Of a stretch of 64,000 nt of DNA, positions 1 to 8,824 are shown piece by piece. How positions within the stretch are numbered: the first letter of the stretch is position 1; every line of letters begins with the position of its first letter. A program made the position numbers and the translations under genes. The notes below the pieces were generated by a model. That model saw only the letters and a program-made list of their open reading frames with translations, was not told where the DNA came from and did not search any database. Origin of the DNA: Candidatus Tayloriibacteriota bacterium (GTDB lineage: Bacteria; Patescibacteriota; Minisyncoccia; Phycocordibacterales; UBA6065); NCBI GenBank assembly GCA_016215405.1, contig JACRJQ010000005.1:11560-75559 (forward strand), written 5' to 3'.

Positions 1-19
1 CAATGCTATAATCTCCCCA

Positions 20-1699
20 ATGGTAAAGAGGATATTCTCCTTCGTCGGCAAAGAGATCAGCGGTCTTCACGAGGCCGCGTATCTTTTGGCGCTCTCCTCG
101 GTCGCGTCGCTCTTGTTCGCCCTCGTAAGAGACAGGCTCCTCGCGCACATGCTCGGCGCAGGCGCAGACCTCGACGTCTATTTCGCCGCGTTCCGAGTGC
201 CGGATTTCATATTCGTCGCCGTCGCCTCTCTCGTCTCTACGTCTATCCTCGTGCCGTTCCTCATAGAGGCGAGGCAGAAGGGAGAGGACGAGCTGAAGTC
301 GTCGATCGAGAGCCTTTTCCGCGCTTTTACGTTCCTCATCGTGGTCGTATCTATAGCTGCCGCTGTCTTTATGGAGCCGATACAGAGGGCGTTGTTCCCG
401 AACATATTCGCGGCGGGCAAGGGAGCTGACCTCGTCCTCGCGTCCCGCATACTCCTCCTTTCGCCTATCCTGCTCGGTTTCGGCAGCTTCTTCGCGTCTA
501 TAACCCAGATGCAGAACCGTTTCCTCGTCTATGCCCTGGGAGCCCCTCTCTACAATATCGGCATCATCCTCGGGATCCTCTTCTTTCTGCCGTTCTACGG
601 CGTCACAGGCCTCGTCTGGGGGGTCGTCCTCGGCGCCGCGCTCCTGCTTTGCATACAGCTGCCTCTCGTTATCCGTGACGGACATTTCCCGACGTTCTCG
701 TTCTCGTTCGAGTGGGCGAGAGTGAAGCAAGTCGCAAGGCTTTCGATCCCGCGCACCATAACCTTATCGTCGCAGCAGCTCTCGACCCTCGCCTTGGTCT
801 CCTTCGCGTCGTTTCTCGGCGCGGGTTCCATATCCATATTCAACCTCTCGTTCAATCTCCAATCGGTACCGCTCTCCATCATAGGCGCGAGCTATTCTTC
901 TGCAGCGTTCCCGATGCTCGCTCGCTTTATGGCGGAAGGGAATAGGGAGGCGTTCCTCGGCAAGATGATATCGGCCGCGAAGCACGTGATCTTCTGGGCC
1001 GTGCCGCTCTCGGCGCTCTTCATCGTATTGCGGGCCCAGATAGTCCGAACGGTCCTCGGGTCCGGCGCGTTCTCGTGGTCCGACACGCGCCTCACTTCCG
1101 CCGCCCTAGCTCTCTTCGTAGTCTCCGCGGCGGGACAGTCTCTTATCCTCCTTTTCGTCCGTTCGTTCTATGCGGAAGGGAAGACCGCGAAACCCCTCCT
1201 TATCAACGCGATATCAATGGCCGTCACCGTAGGTCTCGGCTTCCTCCTCATCAAGCTCTACCATCTCGTGCCGCTCTTTAGGGATTTCACCGAGGCGCTC
1301 ATGAAAGCCGAGGGTTCGAAGGATTCGTCCGTGCTCATGCTCCCTCTGGCGTTCTCTATCGGGACCTTCCTCAATCTCTTCCTCCACTGGGTCTCGTTCG
1401 GCAGGGAGTTCTCCGGGTTCACGAGACCCGTGCTTAAGACCGCATTCCACTCCGTCGGGGCGTCGCTTATCGGGTCTCTCATCGCATATAGGTCGCTTCG
1501 CCTTTTTGACGACGTATTCGACCTCTCTACAGCTTTCGGCATCTTCATGCAGGGCCTCTGCGCAGGCGTGGTCGGCATCGTCGCGATCGCAGCCGTCCTC
1601 GCCCTCCTGCGCTCGCAGGAGCTTCGAGATATCAGCGCCGCTATCCATGAAAAGGTCTGGAAGGTCGATCGCTCGTCTCTCGATAAGCTGCCCTCATAG
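20..1699 (+). CDS. murJ: Lipid II flippase MurJ/MviN
   Basis: 559 aa polytopic membrane protein; RD..LA..LGAG...DVYFAAFRVPD motif typical of MviN. Confidence 0.9.
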   Translation: MVKRIFSFVGKEISGLHEAAYLLALSSVASLLFALVRDRLLAHMLGAGADLDVYFAAFRVPDFIFVAVASLVSTSILVPFLIEARQKGEDELKSSIESLFRAFTFLIVVVSIAAAVFMEPIQRALFPNIFAAGKGADLVLASRILLLSPILLGFGSFFASITQMQNRFLVYALGAPLYNIGIILGILFFLPFYGVTGLVWGVVLGAALLLCIQLPLVIRDGHFPTFSFSFEWARVKQVARLSIPRTITLSSQQLSTLALVSFASFLGAGSISIFNLSFNLQSVPLSIIGASYSSAAFPMLARFMAEGNREAFLGKMISAAKHVIFWAVPLSALFIVLRAQIVRTVLGSGAFSWSDTRLTSAALALFVVSAAGQSLILLFVRSFYAEGKTAKPLLINAISMAVTVGLGFLLIKLYHLVPLFRDFTEALMKAEGSKDSSVLMLPLAFSIGTFLNLFLHWVSFGREFSGFTRPVLKTAFHSVGASLIGSLIAYRSLRLFDDVFDLSTAFGIFMQGLCAGVVGIVAIAAVLALLRSQELRDISAAIHEKVWKVDRSSLDKLPS

Positions 1700-1749
1700 G
1701 CTTCGAAAGCTTCAATTTTCGGCGTTTTCTGTTAGTATGACCCTTACCT

Positions 1750-3558
1750 ATGGATATCTCGCGCATACGGAATTTCAGCATCATAGCCCATATAGACCAC
1801 GGCAAATCCACCCTTGCCGACCGTTTGCTTGAGATAACCGGAACGATAGAGAAGAGGAAGATGCAGGAGCAGGTCCTCGACTCGATGGAATTGGAGCGCG
1901 AGCGAGGCATCACCATAAAGATGCAGCCGGTGCGCATGGAATATTCTCTCGACGGGGCGGACTACGTGATGAACCTTATCGATACGCCCGGACATATCGA
2001 CTTCTCATACGAGGTCTCTCGGGCCCTCAAGGCGGTCGAAGGGTCGATACTCCTTGTGGACGCGACCCAGGGCGTGCAGGCGCAAACCCTCACGACCCTC
2101 ACTATGGCTCGCGAGTCTGGGCTCGTCATCATCCCTGTCGTGTCGAAGATCGATTCGCCTTTGGCGCGCACCGACGAGGTGAAGATGGAGATAGCCCAGC
2201 TTTTGAATATCGACCTCGACCTCATATTGGGAGTATCGGGAAAGACAGGGGAAGGCGTACCCGAGCTCCTTCGGGAGCTCGTGAGGCGCGTGCCGGCCCC
2301 TAAGACAGAGGTCGCGATCGACGGCAAGGACTTTCGTTCGCTCGTTTTCGATTTTCAATATTCGAACCATCGAGGAGTCACCGTCTACACGCGCGTCATG
2401 GACGGGACGGTCGAGAAAGGGGACACCCTCATATTCCGCGTCGCGAACGAGACGTTCATAGTGAACGAGGTCGGCATATTCTCGCCGGACGAGATGCCGA
2501 GGGAGGCATTGTCAGCTGGGGAGATCGGCTATATCGTGACCGGAGTCAAAGAGCCGGGCATCGCCTCTGTGGGAGACACTATCACGGCCCTCCGCTCTGA
2601 CCTCGATCCGCTCCACGGCTATATGAAGCCTGCTCCCGTCGTGTGGGCATCTATCTATCCTGAGAGCCAGGACGATCTGACGCTTTTGCGACAAGCGCTC
2701 GGTCGCCTGTCGCTCTCCGACTCTGCGTTCACATATGAAGAAGAGTCCTCAGGCACGCTCGGTCGCGGATTCCGCTGCGGATTCCTCGGGATGCTCCATC
2801 TCGAGATCATAACAGAGCGCCTGCGCCGCGAATTCAACCTTAATCTCGTCGTCACGACACCTTCTATCACATACGAGGTCACTTTCAAGAACGGCAAAAA
2901 AGTCATCGTCTATTCGCCGCCTCTGTTCCCGGACGAAGGAGATATAGCGAAGATAGAGGAACCGTGGGTCGAGCTCAAGATAATAACGCCGAACGACTAT
3001 ATCGGCGCCCTCACCCAGATAATCTTCGAGCACGAAGGCGTCTCTGACCATATGGACACATGGGGAGCGGGAAGGACGGCTATAACCGTGCACATGCCCC
3101 TGCGCGAACTCATGAGGAATTTCTTCGATAACGTGAAGTCTGTCACATCGGGCTACGCATCGATCTCTTACCAGCCCACCGTGATGAAGGTCGCCGACGT
3201 GGCGCGGCTCGATATACTCATCGGCGAGGAGGTGGTGCCCGCGTTCACCCGCATCGTCGCGCGGACGAAAGCCTATGAAGAGGCCGAGAAGGTCGTCGAG
3301 AAGCTCGAACAGATACTCCCTAAGCAGATGTTCGTGACGAAGATCCAGGGTAAGGCGGGAGGACGCATCCTCGCTTCGCGTACCAAGGCGGCGCTCAAGA
3401 AGACGGTCACGGCGCATCTGTCGGGAGGCGACATAAGCCGCAAGAAGAAGCTCTGGAACATCCAAAAGGAAGGAAAGAAGCGCATGCTCGAGCGCGGGCA
3501 GGGCGATATAAACATCCCTCAGGAGGTGTTCGTGAAGATGATGAGGATGGGGGAATAG
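1750..3558 (+). CDS. lepA: Elongation factor 4 (LepA)
   Basis: IRNFSIIAHIDHGKSTLADR, ERERGITIK, GFRCGFLGMLH motifs. Confidence 0.98.
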   Translation: MDISRIRNFSIIAHIDHGKSTLADRLLEITGTIEKRKMQEQVLDSMELERERGITIKMQPVRMEYSLDGADYVMNLIDTPGHIDFSYEVSRALKAVEGSILLVDATQGVQAQTLTTLTMARESGLVIIPVVSKIDSPLARTDEVKMEIAQLLNIDLDLILGVSGKTGEGVPELLRELVRRVPAPKTEVAIDGKDFRSLVFDFQYSNHRGVTVYTRVMDGTVEKGDTLIFRVANETFIVNEVGIFSPDEMPREALSAGEIGYIVTGVKEPGIASVGDTITALRSDLDPLHGYMKPAPVVWASIYPESQDDLTLLRQALGRLSLSDSAFTYEEESSGTLGRGFRCGFLGMLHLEIITERLRREFNLNLVVTTPSITYEVTFKNGKKVIVYSPPLFPDEGDIAKIEEPWVELKIITPNDYIGALTQIIFEHEGVSDHMDTWGAGRTAITVHMPLRELMRNFFDNVKSVTSGYASISYQPTVMKVADVARLDILIGEEVVPAFTRIVARTKAYEEAEKVVEKLEQILPKQMFVTKIQGKAGGRILASRTKAALKKTVTAHLSGGDISRKKKLWNIQKEGKKRMLERGQGDINIPQEVFVKMMRMGE

Positions 3559-3676
3559 ACCTGGAGGCTGTCTCGTCTGGTCTGTCGTCGGTTTGCGGGA
3601 GTCGGAACTTTTCAGTCACATGTCGCGTTATATAGGTAGCTCGACATTACAAAGCGCTTAATTTCGCGAGAGAGGA

Positions 3677-4081
3677 ATGCAAAGCATCTATAGGGCATAC
3701 GACGTGCGCGGCATATATCCGGACGAGGTGAACGCAGAGAGCGTAAAGAAGATAGGCAGGCAGTGCGCCCGGATATTCGAATCGGGGAAGGTCGTCATAA
3801 GCCAGGACGGGAGGCACGGCGGCGCGGAGCTGCGCCGCGCCTTTTGCGAAGGTCTCCTCGAAGAGGCTGGGCGCACTGGCAGAGAATTCGAGCTCATACA
3901 GGTGCCTTTATCCACATCCCCTATGTTCTACTATCTCGTTGGATATTACAGGGCTTCTGGCGGGGCGATGGTCACGGCTTCGCATAATCCAAAGGAGTAT
4001 AACGGGATAAAGGCGGTACGGCGCGAAGGAGATTCCGTTATGTTCGTAAGCGGCACCGAGATAGGAGCGATAGAACTCTAG
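3677..4081 (+). CDS. Phosphomannomutase/phosphoglucomutase, N-terminal domain (split gene part 1)
   Basis: IYRAYDVRGIY start and catalytic TASHNP motif. Confidence 0.85.
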   Translation: MQSIYRAYDVRGIYPDEVNAESVKKIGRQCARIFESGKVVISQDGRHGGAELRRAFCEGLLEEAGRTGREFELIQVPLSTSPMFYYLVGYYRASGGAMVTASHNPKEYNGIKAVRREGDSVMFVSGTEIGAIEL

Positions 4082-4083
4082 CG

Positions 4084-4980
4084 ATGAATATGGACCACCA
4101 CGTCAGGGCATATGCCGATTTCCTCGAGTCGAAGACAGATCTGAGGATGCCGCTTAAGGTCGTATGCGACTTTTCGAACGGCCCGACCTCCATCGTCGCG
4201 CGCGAGCTCGCGCGAAGGCTCTCGTCGAGCCTGCACATGGTGCCGATGAACGATTCGGTGCACCCCGATTTCCCGGCCCACGGCCCAGACCCCTCGGTCC
4301 CCGCGGCGGCGACCGAGATAGGGAAAAAAGTCGTGGAGACCCGCGCGGATCTCGGCGTCATATTCGATGGCGACGGCGATCGCGCGGTCTTCGTAGACGA
4401 AAGGGGCGTGCCCGTGCCGCCCGTCGCAGTCGCCCTGTTCCTCATGAAGAATATCCCGGGCCCGCACGTCCTCGACGCCTTGCTTTACGAAGCGGCGACG
4501 CATCTCGATCCTAGCCTCATAGGAAGCATCTTCGCCTCTAAGGTGGGCAGGTTCTTTATAAGCAGGACGATGAGGGAGAAGGGTGCCTCGATCGGCGCCG
4601 AATTCTCCGGGCACTTTTTCTTTAGAGATTTTTTCGGGCTCGATTCGGCCCTCCTTACGATGATTTCGGTCTTGAACCTGATATCTCGCACGGAGGCTCG
4701 CGCCTCGTCGTCTTTCTCGAGATACGGCGGGCACTCCGTAGTAGCGGCTAAAGCCTGCCTCTCGAGGCCGTTCTCTTCTGTCGCGGAGGATATCAAGCTC
4801 TCCGTATCTTCCCAAGGCCCGCGAATATCGGAGTTAGACGGCCTGACCGTCGATTTCGGAGACAGATGGGTGAATCTGCGGCCCTCGAATACCGAACCGG
4901 TGATAAGGATAACGGCAGGGGCGCCAGATCCCATCGTCGCAGAAGCGCTCGGGGAAGAGTTTAGAAAGGCTGTCGCCTAA
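4084..4980 (+). CDS. Phosphomannomutase/phosphoglucomutase, domains 2-4 (split gene part 2)
   Basis: FDGDGDR metal loop, GAEFSGH sugar loop, RPSNTEP phosphate loop. Confidence 0.85.
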   Translation: MNMDHHVRAYADFLESKTDLRMPLKVVCDFSNGPTSIVARELARRLSSSLHMVPMNDSVHPDFPAHGPDPSVPAAATEIGKKVVETRADLGVIFDGDGDRAVFVDERGVPVPPVAVALFLMKNIPGPHVLDALLYEAATHLDPSLIGSIFASKVGRFFISRTMREKGASIGAEFSGHFFFRDFFGLDSALLTMISVLNLISRTEARASSSFSRYGGHSVVAAKACLSRPFSSVAEDIKLSVSSQGPRISELDGLTVDFGDRWVNLRPSNTEPVIRITAGAPDPIVAEALGEEFRKAVA

Positions 4981-4983
4981 ATC

Positions 4984-5009
4984 GAAAGCCGGCTCGAGGC
5001 CGGCTTTTC
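4984..5009. terminator. Bidirectional intrinsic terminator
   Basis: AAAGCCGGC-TCGAG-GCCGGCTTT between convergent ORFs. Confidence 0.7.
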
Positions 5010-5013
5010 GCTC

Positions 5014-5121
5014 TTAGTAGAGGGACGGAAGGTAGGCGAGTATCATCGACAGGATGATAAGGACGCATATGACGCCCCAGACGATCGCTACTTTCTTTCG
5101 GTGGTTCGGATTGAGAAGCAT
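5014..5121 (-). CDS. Small single-TM protein (35 aa, MLLNPNHRKKVAIVWGVICVLIILSMILAYLPSLY)
   Basis: ATG..TAA ORF below the ORF-track cutoff; basic N-terminus plus hydrophobic helix; ends at a terminator. Confidence 0.7.
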   Translation of the reverse strand: MLLNPNHRKKVAIVWGVICVLIILSMILAYLPSLY

Positions 5122-5182
5122 TGTGTAATGGGTTAAAGTAAGTGCATGGTAGCGCGTTTCGGTCCCGATTTCAACATTCTAC

Positions 5183-5566
5183 ATGAGAGAGTTCGAGGAA
5201 CGCAGAAAGGTGAAGAAGCTCCTGCATTCGCGGTACGCGATAGCGGCTTTACTCGTCGTGCTCCTACTTCTATCTCGTGGCGTTTGGGGCGCCTACCAGA
5301 AATACGCGAGGTCTGAGGAGATAGCGCAGAGGATCGAGGAGGAGTATTCTACGTTGCAGGAAAAAGAAGCCTCGCTTAGGTCCGCCCTTTCGGATCTGGA
5401 GACCGAAGAAGGGAGGGAGAGAGAGGTCCGCGATAGGTTCGGCGCCGTCAAAGAGGGCGAGAGGCTCATCATCCTCGTCGACGACGAAGCGCCCGCGAAA
5501 CAGACCGTTCGCTTCGAGTCGAGGGGGCTCTGGCAGAGGATAAAGGATCTTTTCACGCGAGATTAG
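5183..5566 (+). CDS. Septum formation initiator, FtsB/DivIC family
   Basis: N-terminal TM, coiled coil, E..VRDRFGAVKEGE motif. Confidence 0.8.
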   Translation: MREFEERRKVKKLLHSRYAIAALLVVLLLLSRGVWGAYQKYARSEEIAQRIEEEYSTLQEKEASLRSALSDLETEEGREREVRDRFGAVKEGERLIILVDDEAPAKQTVRFESRGLWQRIKDLFTRD

Positions 5567-5627
5567 TTTAGTGGTAGAACTGGTGCTTCCCAAGCATCGG
5601 GCGCGGGTTCGATTCCCGCATCTCGCA
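5557..5627 (+). tRNA. tRNA-Gly(CCC)
   Basis: GCGAGAT/ATCTCGC acceptor stem, GGTGC-TTCCCAA-GCATC anticodon arm, TTCGATT T-loop. Confidence 0.93.
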
Positions 5628-5696
5628 CTATTGGCGGAGATGAAATTTTTGTTGCCTAGTCCCTCAAGAGAGGGTAAATCGGGTATAATGCCATCT

Positions 5697-5933
5697 ATGA
5701 AAAAAGTAGAGATATATTCGACCCCGGTATGCAAGTATTGCAATCTTGCGAAGAATTTCTTTAAGAAGAACAACGTATCGTATACGGAATACGACGTCGC
5801 TTCTGACGGAGCGAAGAGGGCTGAGATGGTGGAGAAATCCGGCCAGCTCGGGGTGCCGGTGATCGATGTAGGCGGCGACATAGTCGTAGGCTTCGACGAA
5901 GCGGTCCTCAAGCATCTATTGGAGGTGAAATAG
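5697..5933 (+). CDS. Glutaredoxin-like protein (NrdH/Grx family)
   Basis: YSTPVCKYC CxxC, GQLGVPVI, VVGFD. Confidence 0.9.
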   Translation: MKKVEIYSTPVCKYCNLAKNFFKKNNVSYTEYDVASDGAKRAEMVEKSGQLGVPVIDVGGDIVVGFDEAVLKHLLEVK

Positions 5934-5998
5934 GCGGATATCCGTCCGATCGGTTTTAGACCATGCAAAAACACTGGCTTAAGGCCAGTGTTTTTGCA

Positions 5999-6073
5999 TG
6001 GTGCCCTCAGAAGGAATCGAACCTACATCTCATCCTTAGGACGGATTTGCTCTATCCATTGAGCTATGAGGGC
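5999..6073 (-). tRNA. tRNA-Arg(CCT)
   Basis: GCCCTCA/TGAGGGC acceptor stem, CCT anticodon, encoded CCA. Confidence 0.92.
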
Positions 6074-6152
6074 GCGAAAATGACTATAGCACAGGAGACG
6101 GGCCGGCCCAAGAGCTTCCATTTCCCGGTCTGAAGCGTATACTATCCTTATC

Positions 6153-6587
6153 ATGACAGGACAGATCAAAAGGGTCTTGTTTCTCGCCGCTCTGGTATCG
6201 TTCGCAGCGATCGCCGTGTTCGGCGGATGGGATATCGTCGTATCGCAGGGCTTGGATATGCCTGGCTGTCTCGCGACGTCGCTTAACGGCTTTGATTGCC
6301 CGAGCGTGCCCGGCACTTTAGGCTTCCTCAATTTCCATATAAAGCCCCTCGCCGATTTCTCTTCGGGAGCCTTCAGCGCGGCGATATCCGCGCTCTCCGC
6401 CCTCGCGCTCCTGGCTGTGGCCGTCTGTTTCGCGTCGGCGCCCTCGAGGCTCGCCGCTATCGAGGAGGGCGCGCCTGCCGCCGCGGCGCTTACGACCGAG
6501 AGCGGCTTCACTCCTCTTCAAAAGTCGGTCTCTGTGCGATGGCTCGCGCTTTTCGTTAACAGCCCGGCAGACATACAGGGCGCCTAG
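6153..6587 (+). CDS. Hypothetical membrane protein with two Cys and a C-terminal WLALFVNSP
   Basis: Two hydrophobic segments; -10-like TATACT just upstream; first gene of the redox cluster. Confidence 0.65.
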   Translation: MTGQIKRVLFLAALVSFAAIAVFGGWDIVVSQGLDMPGCLATSLNGFDCPSVPGTLGFLNFHIKPLADFSSGAFSAAISALSALALLAVAVCFASAPSRLAAIEEGAPAAAALTTESGFTPLQKSVSVRWLALFVNSPADIQGA

Positions 6588-6659
6588 GCGGCTTTTAACA
6601 GCTCGCCGCCTCGCGCCCTACGGTCCCGCCTCTGCGGGATTTTCTCTTGTCTCTACCTT

Positions 6660-7442
6660 ATGAACAAAAAACTCGTATCTCTCATAGTTCTGGCGGTCCT
6701 CCTGTTCGGCGTCGCGGCTTTCTTCGGTTCAGGGAGCGTCCGCGGGCTCTCGCTCTCTGAAATGGGTCCGGGAAACCCCTGGTTCCTTCCCCTCGTCCTC
6801 GTCTCGGCCCTTATAGACAGCGTCAACCCTTGCGCGATCTCGATCTTGCTCATCAGCATCGCGTTCTTCGTGAGCATGGGATTCTCCCGAGCAGGCATGC
6901 TCAGAGCCGGCGGCGCTTATATCGCCGGGATATTCGCCGTCTACGTGCTCATCGGGCTCGGGATACTGCAGGCTCTGTCGATATTGAACGTGCCTCATTT
7001 CGCTTCGAAGATAGGCGCGGTCATAATCGGCATCCTTGGCATCCTCGGAGTCCTGGGGGTCCTTTTCCCGAACTTTCCCGTTAAATTCAAGATCCCGAAC
7101 GCCGCGCACGGGCGGATCGCCCTTCTCATGAAGAAGGCGTCGGCGCCCGCCCTGTTCTTTCTCGGCGGGTTCATAGCCCTCTGCGAATTCCCGTGTACGG
7201 GCGGGCCCTATCTCCTGATCCTGGGCCTCCTGCACGATTCAGGGACCTACGTATCCGGCCTCTGGTACCTTTTGGCCTACAATCTCGTGTTCGTGCTTCC
7301 TCTCGCCGTCATACTCCTTATCGGAAGCGAGCAGGGGCTCCTCGAGAAGGTGAAGGCGTGGAAATCTGCTGAGACGGGAAAGGCGAAGCTGTGGGGAAGT
7401 GTCGCTATGATCGCCCTCGGAATCGTGATATTCATCCTTTAA
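6660..7442 (+). CDS. CcdA/DsbD-type transmembrane thiol-disulfide transporter (cytochrome c biogenesis family)
   Basis: DSVNPCA and EFPCTGGPY paired Cys motifs in a polytopic protein. Confidence 0.82.
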   Translation: MNKKLVSLIVLAVLLFGVAAFFGSGSVRGLSLSEMGPGNPWFLPLVLVSALIDSVNPCAISILLISIAFFVSMGFSRAGMLRAGGAYIAGIFAVYVLIGLGILQALSILNVPHFASKIGAVIIGILGILGVLGVLFPNFPVKFKIPNAAHGRIALLMKKASAPALFFLGGFIALCEFPCTGGPYLLILGLLHDSGTYVSGLWYLLAYNLVFVLPLAVILLIGSEQGLLEKVKAWKSAETGKAKLWGSVAMIALGIVIFIL

Positions 7443-7460
7443 TCGGTTAAACGCAAAACA

Positions 7461-7961
7461 ATGAACACAAAAGAAAAGTTCGAAAAGCTGGTAGAGAGGG
7501 CGTCCGAGCTCAAGAAGTCGGGGACGCTGGACCTCTCGATGGAAGAGGACCTCTCGATCGCCGTCATGAATCTTATTAGCCTCGAGGAGCATCTCTTCTT
7601 TACGGCGAAGAAGACCGGGAAATCCGAGTATCTCGGAATGCTCGACGAGGTTCGGTCGATGAGGGCAGACCTCCTCGGCAAGATGATAACCAAAGGGGAG
7701 GGAGAGACATGGTGCGTATCGAAGCACCTTTTGGCGGCGGCGATGCGCCTTATGGAAGTAGGCACGAAGCTCCGTTCGAAAGGGAAGATCGAGGAGGCGG
7801 ACGACGCGTTCGCGAAGGCCTATAAATCCTATTCGCTGTTCTGGGCGGTGCGCCTCGCGAACCAGGAATCGGAGAGGGGAGAGGGCAAGGCCGAAGAGAA
7901 GAAGCCGTGGACGGTGGACGATATAGTTAATAGCCTAGTAGATTGCTGCAATGAAAAATAA
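7461..7961 (+). CDS. Conserved hypothetical helical protein (WCxxKH; C-terminal DCC)
   Basis: Good ORF within the operon; Cys/His motifs. Confidence 0.7.
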   Translation: MNTKEKFEKLVERASELKKSGTLDLSMEEDLSIAVMNLISLEEHLFFTAKKTGKSEYLGMLDEVRSMRADLLGKMITKGEGETWCVSKHLLAAAMRLMEVGTKLRSKGKIEEADDAFAKAYKSYSLFWAVRLANQESERGEGKAEEKKPWTVDDIVNSLVDCCNEK

Positions 7962-8322
7962 ACTAAACCTCATACTGATACTTTTAGCGCTCGCGGTCGC
8001 GATAGGCCTTATCGCCTATCCGAAGCTCAAGCAGAGGTCGGACGTCTCTCTCGACGGTTTCGCGCAGTGTCTCGCGGACAAGGGCGCGACCATGTACGGC
8101 GCCGCTTGGTGCTCGCATTGCCAAAGGGAAAAAGCCGCGTTCGGAGGGTCGTGGAGGCTCGTCCCTTACGTGGAGTGTCCCGAGAATACGAAGCTCTGCG
8201 TCGATAAGGGGATCAAGGGCTATCCTACCTGGATATTCGACGACGGTAGGCGCTTCGAAGGGGAGCAGGGAATCAAAAAGCTATCGGAAGTGAGCGGGTG
8301 CCCTTTACCGGAGGGAAGATAG
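7951..8322 (+). CDS. Membrane-anchored thioredoxin-fold protein (VKOR-associated type)
   Basis: MYGAAWCSHC, YVEC..C, GYPTW motifs. Confidence 0.82.
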   Translation: MKNKLNLILILLALAVAIGLIAYPKLKQRSDVSLDGFAQCLADKGATMYGAAWCSHCQREKAAFGGSWRLVPYVECPENTKLCVDKGIKGYPTWIFDDGRRFEGEQGIKKLSEVSGCPLPEGR

Positions 8323-8742
8323 CTACCTAGAGGACCTGATCTTCTCGATCTCTGCCTTAAGGGAGCGTATCTCGTCGCGCACGTGCCGTAAGGTCACGGA
8401 TTCCTCCTTTACGAGCTCTTCTGTCGTCTCTTCGAGCTTCTTCTCGCGCCTGAGGCCGGAGAGTATGATGCGGTCGCCGATGAAGACCGATACCATGAGA
8501 CCCGTGAGCATGAGGCCGAGGGTCGATACCACCACTTGGACGGGACCATAGAAGAAGTAGGACAGGACGGGTACGCCCGAATACATGAGGATGTCCGCGG
8601 TCTCCCAGACTCCGCGCCAGAAAAGGACGACGCCTACGCCGCCGACGATCGAATACGGTATAGGATGCCTTGAAAGGTGCTCTCGGGCGAAATCTTCGAG
8701 CTTGTCGAATACGCGGACGGTCGAATGGTATGCCTTATTCAT
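8323..8742 (-). CDS. Hypothetical membrane protein with C-terminal coiled coil
   Basis: Two TM segments (GVVLFWRGVW); typical codon usage. Confidence 0.72.
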   Translation of the reverse strand: MNKAYHSTVRVFDKLEDFAREHLSRHPIPYSIVGGVGVVLFWRGVWETADILMYSGVPVLSYFFYGPVQVVVSTLGLMLTGLMVSVFIGDRIILSGLRREKKLEETTEELVKEESVTLRHVRDEIRSLKAEIEKIRSSR

Positions 8743-8824
8743 GCTTTAGGTGTTTATAGGGCGCCTCGCGGCGTGAAAGTCTGTCTCGAATATAGTACTA
8801 TAAGTTAACAAGTTTCGAAAATAC

